DNA from: Candidatus Fervidifonticultor secundus
Lineage (GTDB): Bacteria; Sysuimicrobiota; Sysuimicrobiia; Sysuimicrobiales; Humicultoraceae
Direction of reading: 5' to 3'
DNA: 64,000 nt
NCBI GenBank assembly: GCA_031459385.1
Contig: JAVKIP010000011.1
Location: 1-64,000 of the forward strand
The notes under the pieces were generated by a model that worked only from the letters and a program-made list of their open reading frames with translations, did not search any database and was not told where the DNA came from. Of the stretch, positions 36,986-47,054 are shown in pieces. Both the position numbers and the translations under genes were made by a program. Position 1 is the stretch's first letter, and every line of letters starts with the position of its first letter.

Positions 36986-37989
36986 ACTCCGCCCCGCGGG
37001 CCGGCGCCGGCATGGGTGAGCGGCCGACGCTGATCATCGGCGAGGAAGAGTTCCTCGCGGAGGAGGCGCTGGGGCGCCTGCTGGATCGGCTGCTCCCGGG
37101 CGAGGAGCGGGCCCTGAACCTCGACGTGCTCGAGGCCACCGCGCCCGTCGGCGAGCTGCTCGTGCGCCTGCAGACGGCGCCGTTCTTCGGCCCGCGCCGG
37201 GTGGTCGTGGTCCGGCGCCTGGAGGCGATGCGCGACGCCGATCAAGAGCGGCTCGCGGCGCACCTGGACGCGGCGGGCGAGGCGCCCACCGCGGCGATCT
37301 TCGTCGCGCGCGAGCTCGACCGACGCCGACGCCTGTTCCAGGTGTTCACGCGACGCGCCGAGATCGTGGAGTGCCGGCCGCTGCCCCCGCGGGAGCTCCC
37401 CCGGTGGGTGGCCGAGCGGTTCCGGGCCGTCGGCAAGCGGGCCGGGCCCGGTGCCGCCGAGCAGCTGGTGGCGCTGGCGGGCAGCGGGCTGCGCGACCTC
37501 GCCCACGAGGTGGAGAAGGTGGCAGCCTACGCGGGTGATCGGGCCATCGTTACGCCGGCGGACGTGACGGCGATCGCCAGCCGCCTGGGAGAGGCCTCGG
37601 TCTTCACGCTGGTGGACGCCGTGGGCAACGGAGAGATGGCCACGGCCTTGCGCGCGCTGCACGACAACCTGGCCACCCACGAGCCCCTGCAGGTGCTGTT
37701 CATGATCGCCCGGCAGTTCCGGTTGATCCTCCGCGCGCACCACCTGGTCGCCCGGGGCGGCGGCGCCGCGGTCGCGGACCGGCTGGGCGTGCCGCCGTTC
37801 GTGGCGCGCAAGGTGGCCGAGCAGGCACGGCGGTTCCGCGCCGGCCAGTTCCCGGGGATCTTCGCGGCGCTGGAAGACGCCGATCGGACCATCAAGAGCG
37901 GGAGCCCCGCCAGGCTGGTGCTCGAGACGCTGATCGTGCGGCTGTGCGGCGGCGAGCGGCGCGCCGCGGTGGGGCGGCGGGGACGGTGA
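36982..37989 (+). CDS. holA: DNA polymerase III delta subunit
   Basis: GEEEFL, PFF..RRVVVV, EVEK, VFTLVDA, DRTIKSG; follows comEC. Confidence 0.92.
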   Translation: MNSAPRAGAGMGERPTLIIGEEEFLAEEALGRLLDRLLPGEERALNLDVLEATAPVGELLVRLQTAPFFGPRRVVVVRRLEAMRDADQERLAAHLDAAGEAPTAAIFVARELDRRRRLFQVFTRRAEIVECRPLPPRELPRWVAERFRAVGKRAGPGAAEQLVALAGSGLRDLAHEVEKVAAYAGDRAIVTPADVTAIASRLGEASVFTLVDAVGNGEMATALRALHDNLATHEPLQVLFMIARQFRLILRAHHLVARGGGAAVADRLGVPPFVARKVAEQARRFRAGQFPGIFAALEDADRTIKSGSPARLVLETLIVRLCGGERRAAVGRRGR

Positions 37990-38049
37990 CGGCGCCGGTG
38001 GGGCGGACCTGCCCGCGGCAGTGTCGCACCCACCCAGCCGCCGCCGGGA

Positions 38050-38068
38050 GCGAAGAGACGCTCTTCGC
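38050..38068. terminator. Hairpin between convergent holA and rpsT
   Basis: GCGAAGAG-ACG-CTCTTCGC; no U-tract. Confidence 0.45.
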
Positions 38069-38087
38069 CGCCCCCTGCGCCGCGCGG

Positions 38088-38330
38088 TCAGGCGGGACGG
38101 GCGCTCGCGCGGCGCATCAGGCGGGCCTTGGTGCGGGCGGCGACGTTGGGGTGAATGACGCGGCGCAGCGCGGCTTTGTCCAGCGCCTTCTGCGCCAGGG
38201 GGATCCGGGACGGATCGGCCAGCGCCCGTTTCACCAGCGTCTTGATGCGCGACTTCACCGACGCGTTGGCCGCGCGCCGGCGCGCCGACTTGCGCAGATG
38301 CTTGAGCCCCGATCTGATCCGCTTGGCCAC
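38088..38330 (-). CDS. rpsT: 30S ribosomal protein S20
   Basis: AKRIRSGLK...NASVKSRIKT...LDKAA..VIHPNVAARTK; SD AGGAGG. Confidence 0.93.
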   Translation of the reverse strand: MAKRIRSGLKHLRKSARRRAANASVKSRIKTLVKRALADPSRIPLAQKALDKAALRRVIHPNVAARTKARLMRRASARPA

Positions 38331-38422
38331 GTGCATGCCTCCTGCAGGGGCGCACAGCCCGCTGCGTCAGTCCCGCGGCATTCTAGCACGCGCGCCGGAG
38401 ACGGACAAGCCGACGATCGCTC

Positions 38423-40030
38423 ATGACCGTCGCGCCGCCGCGCCTGGTGCGTGCCGCGTCACTGCTGGCAGTGGCGACGGTGGGCAGCCGCGTCCTGGGC
38501 CTGGTCCGCGAGATCGTCGTGGCGGCGCTGTTCGGCGCCACGGATGCGAAAGCCGCGTACGTGATCGGGTACTATGTGCCGTTCTTCGTGCAGCGGCTGT
38601 TCCTCGGCGGGACGCTCTCCATCGTGCTGATCCCCACCCTGGCCGAGGTCGAGGCCCGGGCGGGCGAGGTCGAGCGCGCGCGCGTCGTCGGGTCGCTCTT
38701 CACGCTGGTCGTGGGCGTGGGCGCGGCGATGGTCGTCCTGGGACAGCTGGCGGCGCCCTGGCTGGTGCCGATCGCCGCGCCAGGGTTTGCGGCGAACCCC
38801 GCGCAGATGGCGCTCACGGTGCACCTGACGCGCATCAACTTCCTGGCGATGTTCTTCCTGGCCCTGGCGGTGTTCGCCACGGCCTATCTCCAGGCCCGGC
38901 AGCGGTTCACCGCGCCGGCGCTGGCGCCGCTGGCGTTCAACGTGACGATCATCGTGCTGACCCTCTGGCTGGGCCCGCGGCTGGGGATCACCGGGCTGGC
39001 CGTGGCCTGGGTGGCCGGCACAGCAGTGCTGTTCGCCGCGCAGGCACCGGCGCTGTGGACGGCCGGGTTCCGCGCGCGTCTGACCGTCGACTGGACCCAT
39101 CCCGCGTTGCGCACGCTGGCGCGGCTGGCGTTCCCCGCCATGCTCGGCCTGGCCATCGTCGAGATCAACGCCTACGTCGGTCGGCTGCTCGCCTCGCTGT
39201 TGCCCGCCGTCCCTGGCGTCAACGCCGTTGCGGCGCTGGACTACGCGTACGAGGTCGTGCAGGCGCCGATCGGCATTCTGGCCATCTCGGTCGCGACGGT
39301 CCTCTTCCCGGGCATGAGCCAGGCCGCTGCCGGCGGCGACCACGCGGCGCTCCGGCAGACGACGGCGCTCGGGATCCGTGCCCTGGTGTTCCTCGTGCTG
39401 CCGGTGTCTCTGGCCCTGGCGGCGCTGGCCGAGCCAGTGGTGCGCGTGGTGTTCGAGCGCGGCGAGTTCGGCACCGGCGCCACGGCCACGGTGGCCGCGT
39501 GCCTGGCGGCCTATGCGGTGGGCCTGGTGCCCATGGCGCTGTACTACGTGGCGACGCGGGCCTTCTACGCCCTGCAGCGCGTGCGCACGCCCGTCGCGGT
39601 GGGCGCCGCCATGGTGGTGGTGAACGCGCTGCTGGCCCTGGGGCTGATGCGCCGTCTGGGCGTCGCAGGGATCGCGCTGGCCAGCGGCGTGGTGGCCGTC
39701 GCCAACGTGGCCGTGCTGCTGATCCTGCTGGCGCGCGCGCTCGGGGGCCTGGAGGGCGGGCGGGCGGCGTCCACCGCGCTGCGAGCCGGGCTCGCCGCCG
39801 CCGCCGCCGTGGCGGGCGCGCGGGTGGTGCTGACCGGGCTCCACGACAGCCTGGCGCCGGCAGGCGCTGCCGGGCGCGCGGCGGCGCTGGGCGTGGCGCT
39901 CGGCGCCGCCGCGATCATCTACCTGGCTGGCTGCGCGGCCCTGCGCGTCGAGGAGGTGGCGCTCCTGCGGGATCTGGTGCGCCGGCGGGGACGGCGGGCG
40001 GCCGCGCCCGCCGCGTCGGGCGTTCCTTGA
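38423..40030 (+). CDS. murJ: Lipid II flippase MurJ
   Basis: SRVLGLVRE, FERGEF, FYA..RTP; multi-TM. Confidence 0.92.
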   Translation: MTVAPPRLVRAASLLAVATVGSRVLGLVREIVVAALFGATDAKAAYVIGYYVPFFVQRLFLGGTLSIVLIPTLAEVEARAGEVERARVVGSLFTLVVGVGAAMVVLGQLAAPWLVPIAAPGFAANPAQMALTVHLTRINFLAMFFLALAVFATAYLQARQRFTAPALAPLAFNVTIIVLTLWLGPRLGITGLAVAWVAGTAVLFAAQAPALWTAGFRARLTVDWTHPALRTLARLAFPAMLGLAIVEINAYVGRLLASLLPAVPGVNAVAALDYAYEVVQAPIGILAISVATVLFPGMSQAAAGGDHAALRQTTALGIRALVFLVLPVSLALAALAEPVVRVVFERGEFGTGATATVAACLAAYAVGLVPMALYYVATRAFYALQRVRTPVAVGAAMVVVNALLALGLMRRLGVAGIALASGVVAVANVAVLLILLARALGGLEGGRAASTALRAGLAAAAAVAGARVVLTGLHDSLAPAGAAGRAAALGVALGAAAIIYLAGCAALRVEEVALLRDLVRRRGRRAAAPAASGVP

Positions 40031-40092
40031 CCTGGGGACAACCGTGATGGTAGGCTGGGTGGTGATTAGCACTCTCGTCGTGAGAGTGCTAA
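40027..40092 (+). promoter_or_regulatory. hrcA promoter with CIRCE operator
   Basis: TTGACC-N18-TAGGCT; perfect CIRCE TTAGCACTC-N9-GAGTGCTAA at 40066-40092. Confidence 0.97.
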
Positions 40093-40111
40093 TCTCGGGA
40101 GGGTCGAGGGG

Positions 40112-41137
40112 ATGACCCAGCTCGACGAGCGCAAGCGGGCGGTGCTGTGCGCCGTGGTCGAGGAGTACATCCGCTCGGCGGAGCCCGTCGGCTCGGAACA
40201 CCCCGCGGTCCGCGAGCGCGTGGGCGTCAGCCCGGCCACGATCCGGAACACGATGGCCGCGCTCGAAGAGCTAGAGCTGCTGACCCACCCGCACACCTCG
40301 GCCGGCCGGGTGCCCACCGACGCGGGCTACCGGCTGTACGTGGACCTGCTGCTGCACGCCGAGCCGCTGCCGGCGGCCGAGCGCCAGACGATCCGGCGGC
40401 GGCTGGAGCGCACGGCGGACCCCGACGAGGTCCCCGAGGAGGCCGCGCGCGTGCTGGCTCTGGTGACCCACTACGCGTCGGTGGTGGCCTCGGCCTCGCT
40501 CGAGCACCAGACGTTCCGCTCGCTGCACCTGATGCCGGTGGGCGCCCGCCGCGCGCTGGCAGTCATCGTGACGACCGCGGGCGGTTTCCAGGGCCGCGTG
40601 ATCGACCTGCCCGAAGGGATCGGCCCGGACGATCTCGAGCAACTGTCGCGGACGCTCACGCAGCGCCTCCAGGGCGTGCGCCTGGCAGATCTCACGCACG
40701 ACTGGCTGGAACGGGCTGTGGACGAGGCGTCGTGGCACCACCGGCTGCTGCAGGAGGTGCAGGGCTGGCTGCGCCGCGAGGTGGCGCGGGGCGGGGTGCG
40801 CATTGTGGTGGAAGGCACGCGGCACCTGCTCCGCGAGCCCGAGTTCCACCGGCCCGAGGCCGCCACGCGCGTGCTGTCGGTGCTCGAAGAGGAGACGCTC
40901 CTGGCCGAAGCGCTGGCCGGGGCCCCGGCGGAGGGCGTCTGGATCACCATCGGCAGCGAGAATCGCCGCGAGGAGCTGCGCGCGTGCAGCCTCGTTGTGG
41001 CCACCTACCGCGCGGGCGGGCAGCCCGCCGGGCTCGTGGGCCTCGTGGGACCCACCCGCATGCGCTACCGTCGCGCGGTGTCCGCGGTGCGCTACGTGGC
41101 CGACCGGCTGAGCGAAGCCCTCGCGGCGCTGGAGTAG
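40112..41137 (+). CDS. hrcA: Heat-inducible transcription repressor HrcA
   Basis: EPVGS, SPATIRN, HTSAGRVPT..GYR.YVD, GPTRM.Y. Confidence 0.96.
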   Translation: MTQLDERKRAVLCAVVEEYIRSAEPVGSEHPAVRERVGVSPATIRNTMAALEELELLTHPHTSAGRVPTDAGYRLYVDLLLHAEPLPAAERQTIRRRLERTADPDEVPEEAARVLALVTHYASVVASASLEHQTFRSLHLMPVGARRALAVIVTTAGGFQGRVIDLPEGIGPDDLEQLSRTLTQRLQGVRLADLTHDWLERAVDEASWHHRLLQEVQGWLRREVARGGVRIVVEGTRHLLREPEFHRPEAATRVLSVLEEETLLAEALAGAPAEGVWITIGSENRREELRACSLVVATYRAGGQPAGLVGLVGPTRMRYRRAVSAVRYVADRLSEALAALE

Positions 41138-41146
41138 CCCCGGCCC

Positions 41147-42268
41147 GTGCCGTCCCGGGATCTCTATGCCGTCCTCGGGGTGGATCGTAACGCCACGCAG
41201 GAGGAGATCAAGCAGGCGTTCCGCCGTCTGGCCCGTGAGTACCACCCCGACGTCAACAAGTCCGCCGGCGCCGAGGAACGGTTCAAGGAGATCAACGAGG
41301 CGTACCAGATCCTGGGCGATCCAGCCAAGCGCCAGCAGTACGACCGCTTCGGTCGGGTGACCGGTGACGTCGACCGCGATCCTTTCGCGGGGACCTCGCC
41401 CTTCGACGACCTCTTCGAGATGTTCTTCGGCGGCCGCCCCGGCGGGACGCGCGCTGCGGCCGAGGCGCGCGAGGCGCCCGAGCGGGGTGCCGACCTGCGG
41501 GTCGAGCTGGAGATCACGCTGGAGGAGGTCGCCACAGGGGTCGAGCGGCGCATCCAGGTGCCCCGGCTCGAGACCTGCCCCGCCTGTTTTGGGACCGGCG
41601 CCGAGCGCGGCTCGCGGCCGGAACGGTGCCCGACTTGCCAGGGAACCGGCGAGATCCGGCATGTCTCGCGCACCGTCTTCGGGCACTTCACGCGGATCGG
41701 ACCGTGTCCGCAGTGCGGCGGGGTGGGCACGTACATCGCCAACCCGTGTCGGCAGTGCCGCGGCGCAGGCCGGGTGGAGGCGCAGCGCGAGGTCACCGTC
41801 ACCATTCCGGCCGGAGTCGAGGACGGCATGCAGCTGCGCCTGGCGGGTGAGGGGGAAGCCGGCGCCCGGGGCGGCGCGCGCGGCGACCTCTACGTCGTGG
41901 TGCGGGTGGCGCCTCACCGGGTGTTCACACGTCGCGGCCCCGACCTGTCGTGCGAGCTGGAGATCTCGATGGTCCAGGCCGCGCTCGGCGACGTGATGCA
42001 CATCGAGACGCTCACCGGGACGGCGAAGCTCGAGGTGCCACCCGGCACCCAGCCGGGCGCGCGGCTCGTGCTGCGGGGCCACGGGTTGCCCGACCTGCGC
42101 GGCGGCAGGGGCGACCTCTACGTCACCGTCCGCGTGGTCATCCCCACGCGCCTGACCCCGGAGCAGCGCGCGCTGCTGGAGCAGTTCGCGCAGCGTGGCG
42201 GTGCGCGCGGCGGGCGGCGGAAACCCATCTTGAAGAAGGTCAAGGACCTGCTGCAGCCCTCGTCGTGA
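41147..42268 (+). CDS. dnaJ: Chaperone DnaJ
   Basis: J domain HPD, four CxxCxGxG repeats. Confidence 0.96.
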   Translation: MPSRDLYAVLGVDRNATQEEIKQAFRRLAREYHPDVNKSAGAEERFKEINEAYQILGDPAKRQQYDRFGRVTGDVDRDPFAGTSPFDDLFEMFFGGRPGGTRAAAEAREAPERGADLRVELEITLEEVATGVERRIQVPRLETCPACFGTGAERGSRPERCPTCQGTGEIRHVSRTVFGHFTRIGPCPQCGGVGTYIANPCRQCRGAGRVEAQREVTVTIPAGVEDGMQLRLAGEGEAGARGGARGDLYVVVRVAPHRVFTRRGPDLSCELEISMVQAALGDVMHIETLTGTAKLEVPPGTQPGARLVLRGHGLPDLRGGRGDLYVTVRVVIPTRLTPEQRALLEQFAQRGGARGGRRKPILKKVKDLLQPSS

Positions 42269-43146
42269 GGTGGATCGAGGTCGCGGTGGCCGTGCGGCCG
42301 GGGGAGGTCGAGGCCGCTGGTGCGCTGCTGCTCCGGGCTGCGCCCGCAGGGTTCGCCGAGGTGCTGCGGCGCCGGCGGCGGGTCCTGCTGGCGTACCTGC
42401 CTGCGTCGGCCGCCGGACGGGCAGCGCTGCGCCGGCTGCGGCTTGCGCTGCGCGGTCTGGGCCTGCACCCGCAGGCCCGCGTGCGCTCCGAGGCGGGCTG
42501 GCTGGTCCCGCAGCACGCGCACCACCGGCCGGTGCCCGTGGGCCCCATCGAGGTCCAGCCGGCGCAGTGGCGGCGTCCGCCAGCCGGCGGGCGCGTGGCC
42601 GTGCGGCTCGACGCCGGGATGGCGTTCGGCAGCGGCACGCACCCCACGACGCAGCTGTGCTTGCGGGGTCTGCTGCCGCTCGCGCGCGGCGCACGGGTGA
42701 TCGACGTGGGGACGGGCTCCGGCATTCTGGCCATTGCGGCGGCACGCCTGGGCGCCGCGCGGGTACTGGCCATCGACACCGACCCCGTTGCCGTAGCGGT
42801 GGCGCGGGCCAACGTGCGGAACAACGGGGTGGGCCAGCGCGTGCACGTGCGGCAGGGCGACGGTGTGCGCGGCGTGCGCGGGCGGGCCGACCTGGTGCTG
42901 GCCAACCTGACCGCCGAGGAGGTTGGCCGCGTGCTGCCGCAGCTGGTCCGGCGCCTCCGCCCGGGCGGGCGCGTGGTACTCAGCGGTTTCAGCTACGCTC
43001 GTGCGGCCGGTGTGGCGGCCGCGGCGGCGCGCTGCGGGCTGGCCGTGGAACGCGTCGCGCGGCTCCGCGGGTGGGCCGCGGTGCACGCGCGCACGGACGC
43101 GCGCCAGCGGACCGGGGCGGCGTCCGGACGGCGGGCGGGACCGTGA
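42265..43146 (+). CDS. prmA: Ribosomal protein L11 methyltransferase
   Basis: [27 protein letters not shown]. Confidence 0.93.
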   Translation: MRWIEVAVAVRPGEVEAAGALLLRAAPAGFAEVLRRRRRVLLAYLPASAAGRAALRRLRLALRGLGLHPQARVRSEAGWLVPQHAHHRPVPVGPIEVQPAQWRRPPAGGRVAVRLDAGMAFGSGTHPTTQLCLRGLLPLARGARVIDVGTGSGILAIAAARLGAARVLAIDTDPVAVAVARANVRNNGVGQRVHVRQGDGVRGVRGRADLVLANLTAEEVGRVLPQLVRRLRPGGRVVLSGFSYARAAGVAAAAARCGLAVERVARLRGWAAVHARTDARQRTGAASGRRAGP

Positions 43147-43901
43147 GCGCGGGCGGGCCGCCGCGGCAGCCGGTGCGGCGCTTCTACGTGGCGTCCGGCA
43201 GCCTGCAGGGCTCCGCGATCGCGTTCGCCCCGCGCGAGGCCCACCACATCGCCCGCGTGCTGCGCCTGCGGGCCGGGACGCGCATCGTGGCGTTCGACGG
43301 CACCCAGGAGGTCGACGCGGAACTGGTCGAGGTCTCGGGCCACGCGGTCACGGCGCGGGCCCTGGGCCCGGCGCGGCGCGTGGAACGTCCGGTGGCGATC
43401 ACGCTGCTCCAGGGCCTCCCGCGGGGACCCAAGATGGACCTGATCGTCCGCATGGCCACCGAGATCGGCGTCGCCGCCGTGCAGCCGGTCCTGACCACGC
43501 GCAGCCTGCCGACCGCGGGCGCCGCGCGCCTGGAGCGGTGGCGGCGAATCGCGCGCGAGGCCGCGCGGCAGTGCGGCCGCGGAGATGTGCCGACGATCGA
43601 CGCGCCCGCACCGCTGGTCGAGGCCCTGGCCGTCCTGGGCCCGGTGGACCTGCTGGTGGTGCCGTGGGAGCGCGCCACGCGCCCCCTGGGAGCGGCGACA
43701 GCGGGCCGGCCGTTCGTCACGGCGGGCGTGGTCGTGGGGCCGGAGGGCGGGCTCACCGACGACGAGGTGGCGGCCGTGACTGCCGCCGGCGGCGTTGCGG
43801 TCTCGTTGGGGCCGCTGGTGCTGCGCACGGAGACTGCGGGCGTGGTGACAGTGGCCATGCTGCTCTACGAGCGGCTGCTGCGATTGCATTTCGATTCATA
43901 A
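43143..43901 (+). CDS. rsmE: 16S rRNA m3U1498 methyltransferase
   Basis: HIARVLRL, KMDLIV..ATEIG, EAARQC.R, GPEGG, LRTETA. Confidence 0.94.
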   Translation: MSAGGPPRQPVRRFYVASGSLQGSAIAFAPREAHHIARVLRLRAGTRIVAFDGTQEVDAELVEVSGHAVTARALGPARRVERPVAITLLQGLPRGPKMDLIVRMATEIGVAAVQPVLTTRSLPTAGAARLERWRRIAREAARQCGRGDVPTIDAPAPLVEALAVLGPVDLLVVPWERATRPLGAATAGRPFVTAGVVVGPEGGLTDDEVAAVTAAGGVAVSLGPLVLRTETAGVVTVAMLLYERLLRLHFDS

Positions 43902-43920
43902 GACTGTATACTTATGCAGT
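43883..43920 (+). promoter_or_regulatory. Tandem ARG boxes overlapping the argC promoter
   Basis: ATTGCATTTCGATTCATA-AG-ACTGTATACTTATGCAGT; -35 TTGCAT 43884, N17, -10 TATACT 43907. Confidence 0.88.
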
Positions 43921-43921
43921 C

Positions 43922-44959
43922 ATGGCGATCCGGGTGAGCATTATCGGCGCCTCCGGCTACGGTGGCGGCGAACTGGTGCGGCTGCTGTGGGGGCATCCCC
44001 ACGTACGACTGGTCCACCTCACCGCCGAGACCCGCAAGGCCGAGGCCTACGGCGACGTCTTCCCCAACCTGCGAGGCGTGGTGACCCACGCCACCGAGGA
44101 GGCGGACCTGGCGCGCGTCGCCGCCGACTCCGACGTGGTGTTCTTCGCGCTGCCCCACGGCATGCCGATGCAGATGGCCCCGCAGCTCGGCGACCGCGTG
44201 AAGATCATCGACCTGGGCGCCGACTTCCGGTTCCGCGATCCCGCGACGTACCAGCAGTGGTACCGGGTGCCGCATGCCTGCCCCGACCTGCTGGCCGCCG
44301 CGGTCTACGGGCAGCCCGAGGTGCACCGCGACCGGCTGCGCGCCGCGCGCGTGGTGGGCAATCCGGGCTGCTACCCCACCGCGGCGTTGCTGGCCATGGC
44401 GCCGTTCCTGCGGGCCGGGGTGGTGGAGGCCGACGGCATCGTGGTGGACGCCAAGTCGGGCGTCTCGGGCGCGGGCCGCGGTGTCTCCCTGGGCGTGCAC
44501 TTCTCGGAGGTCAACGAGAACGTGAAGCCGTACAACGTGGCCGCGCACCGCCATCAGCCCGAGATCGCCCAGGAGATCCAGCAGCTCACGGGGCGCCCGG
44601 CCACCGTCACCTTCGTCCCGCACCTGGTCCCCATGACGCGCGGCATCCTGGCCACCGTCTACCTCCGCCTGCGGCAGCGGCTGACCGCGCAGGAGGCCGA
44701 GGGCCTGCTCCAGGAGGCCTACGCCCGCGAGCCCTTCGTGCGCGTGCTGACCGGCGCCCTGCCGCAGACCAAGGCCACCTGTGGCTCCAACTACTGCGAC
44801 GTGGCCGTGCGGGTCGACCAGGATGCGGGGTGGGTCATCGCCATGGCCGCCATCGACAATCTGGTCAAGGGCGCCAGCGGCCAGGCCATCCAGAACATGA
44901 ACATCATGTGGGGGCTTCCCGAGGACGCCGGCCTGCGGGTGTTGCCCCTCTACCCGTGA
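43922..44959 (+). CDS. argC: N-acetyl-gamma-glutamyl-phosphate reductase
   Basis: GASGYGG, NPGCYPT, SGVSGAG, HRHQPE, DNLVKGASGQA. Confidence 0.96.
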   Translation: MAIRVSIIGASGYGGGELVRLLWGHPHVRLVHLTAETRKAEAYGDVFPNLRGVVTHATEEADLARVAADSDVVFFALPHGMPMQMAPQLGDRVKIIDLGADFRFRDPATYQQWYRVPHACPDLLAAAVYGQPEVHRDRLRAARVVGNPGCYPTAALLAMAPFLRAGVVEADGIVVDAKSGVSGAGRGVSLGVHFSEVNENVKPYNVAAHRHQPEIAQEIQQLTGRPATVTFVPHLVPMTRGILATVYLRLRQRLTAQEAEGLLQEAYAREPFVRVLTGALPQTKATCGSNYCDVAVRVDQDAGWVIAMAAIDNLVKGASGQAIQNMNIMWGLPEDAGLRVLPLYP

Positions 44960-44970
44960 CGGAGGCGTCC

Positions 44971-46188
44971 ATGGCCCGCAGCGGTCTCCGGATCACCCTG
45001 CAGGACGGCACGGTGACCACCCCGCGCGGCTTTCGCGCTGCGGGCATCCACTGTGGTATCAAGCCCGACCGGCCCGATCTGGCCCTGGTGGCGGCCGAGG
45101 CGCCTGCCGCGGCGGCCGGGGTGTTCACCACGAACAAGATGCGCTCGGCGCCCGTGATCCTGAGCGAGGCCCGCCTGCGCGCGGGCCGGGCGCAGGCGGT
45201 GGTGATCAACAGCGGCAACGCCAACGCCTGCACGGGCGCCCGCGGCGAGGCCGATGCGCGGGCCATGACCGCGGCGGCTGCGGCGGCCCTGGGCATCGCC
45301 GAGGACCTGGTGCTGGTGGCGAGTACCGGTGTGATCGGCCGGCCGCTGCCCATCGAGGCGATCACGGCGGCGATGCCGCGCCTGACGGGCGCCCTGGGCG
45401 CCGACGGCCTGGCGGCGGCCCGGGCGATCATGACCACCGACGCCTTCCCCAAGACCGCAGCGGCCGCGGTGGCGCTGGGCGACGGCACCGTGCACATCGG
45501 CGGCATCGCCAAGGGCGCGGGGATGATCCATCCTGACATGGCCACCATGATCGCCGTGCTGACGACCGACGCCGCGGTGGCGCCGGAGCTGCTGCGCCGC
45601 GGCCTGCGCGCCGTGGTGGACCGCACCTTCAACTGCATCAGCGTCGATGGCGATACCAGCACCTCGGACAGCGTCTTCCTGCTGGCCAGCGGGGCGGCAG
45701 ACGCACGGCCGATCGAGGCGGTCGACGCGCGGTACGCGGCGTTCACCGACGGCCTGGCGGCCGTGGCGGGCCGCCTGGCGCGCCTCATCGTGCAGGACGG
45801 CGAGGGGACGACCCGGGTCGTCGAGGTCCGGGTGCGGGGAGCGCGCTCCGTCGCCGACGCCCGGCGCGTGGGCAGGGCCGTGATGACGTCCCTGCTGGTG
45901 AAGACCGCCTTCCACGGGGCCGAGCTGAACTGGGGGCGCCTGGCGGCCGCCGTCGGCCGCAGCGGCGCCGACGTCGACCCCGGCCGGCTGGCGATCGCCA
46001 TCGGCGACGTGTGGGTGGTGGAGCGCGGCGTGGGCGTCCCGGAGCGCTACGACGCCGCGGCGCCGCTCCTGCAGGCGTCCGAGGTGGCCGTCACGCTGGA
46101 CCTGGGGCTGGGCACCGGCGCGTTCGTCGGATGGACCAGCGACCTGGGCGAGACGTACGTGAAGATCAACAGCGGGTACCTGACGTGA
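44971..46188 (+). CDS. argJ: Ornithine acetyltransferase/N-acetylglutamate synthase
   Basis: NSGNANACTG, STGVIG, KGAGMIHPDMAT, DGDTST.D, DGEG. Confidence 0.96.
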   Translation: MARSGLRITLQDGTVTTPRGFRAAGIHCGIKPDRPDLALVAAEAPAAAAGVFTTNKMRSAPVILSEARLRAGRAQAVVINSGNANACTGARGEADARAMTAAAAAALGIAEDLVLVASTGVIGRPLPIEAITAAMPRLTGALGADGLAAARAIMTTDAFPKTAAAAVALGDGTVHIGGIAKGAGMIHPDMATMIAVLTTDAAVAPELLRRGLRAVVDRTFNCISVDGDTSTSDSVFLLASGAADARPIEAVDARYAAFTDGLAAVAGRLARLIVQDGEGTTRVVEVRVRGARSVADARRVGRAVMTSLLVKTAFHGAELNWGRLAAAVGRSGADVDPGRLAIAIGDVWVVERGVGVPERYDAAAPLLQASEVAVTLDLGLGTGAFVGWTSDLGETYVKINSGYLT

Positions 46189-47054
46189 CGCTCGTCGACC
46201 TGGCCTCCGAGGCGCGGCTGATCGCGGCCGGGGTGCGCTACGCCGCGGCCTGGCGGGGGAAGACGGTGGTCGTCAAGTACGGCGGCAGCGTCATGGACGC
46301 CGGTGCGGCCGGCACCGTCATCGAGGACCTGGTGTTGCTCAAGGCCGCGGGGATCCACCCGGTGCTGGTGCACGGCGGCGGCCCCGAGATCACGCGGATG
46401 CTGGAGCGGGTCGGCAAGCCCACGCGGTTCGTCGACGGCCTGCGCGTCACCGACGAGGAGACGATGGAGATCGTGGAGATGGTGCTGGCGGGCCGCGCCA
46501 ACAAGGCGCTGGTCACGCTCATCGGGCAGGCCGGGGGCAGCGCCGTAGGGGTGTCGGGCAAGGACGCCGGCCTGCTCCGGGCGCGCAGGTGGGAGGGGGC
46601 TGCAGACCTCGGGCTCGTGGGCGAGGTCGTCGAGGTGCGCGCCGACCTCCTGCGTACCCTGAGCGAGGCCGGGCACATTCCCGTGGTCGCCTCCCTCGGC
46701 CTGGGCCCGGGCGGCGAGAGCCTGAACCTCAACGCCGACCACGCCGCGGCCGCCCTGGCGGCCGCCGTGGGCGCCAGCAAGCTCATCATCCTCACCGACG
46801 TGCCGGGCGTGATGCGCACGCGGGACGGGACGCCCGCGCTGATCTCCAGCCTCACGGCCGCCGAGGCCAGGGCCTTGATCGCCGACGGCACGGTATCGCG
46901 GGGGATGATCCCCAAGGTCGAGGCGTGCCTGATGACCCTGGAGCGCGGCGTGCCCAGCGCGCACATCATCGGCACCGAGGCGCCCCATGCCCTGCTGCTG
47001 GAGCTGTTCACCGAGGAGGGCATCGGCACCATGATCACGGGAGGGGGACGATGA
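46185..47054 (+). CDS. argB: Acetylglutamate kinase
   Basis: VKYGG, VHGGG, GLRVTD, NLNAD, GMIPK. Confidence 0.96.
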   Translation: MTLVDLASEARLIAAGVRYAAAWRGKTVVVKYGGSVMDAGAAGTVIEDLVLLKAAGIHPVLVHGGGPEITRMLERVGKPTRFVDGLRVTDEETMEIVEMVLAGRANKALVTLIGQAGGSAVGVSGKDAGLLRARRWEGAADLGLVGEVVEVRADLLRTLSEAGHIPVVASLGLGPGGESLNLNADHAAAALAAAVGASKLIILTDVPGVMRTRDGTPALISSLTAAEARALIADGTVSRGMIPKVEACLMTLERGVPSAHIIGTEAPHALLLELFTEEGIGTMITGGGR

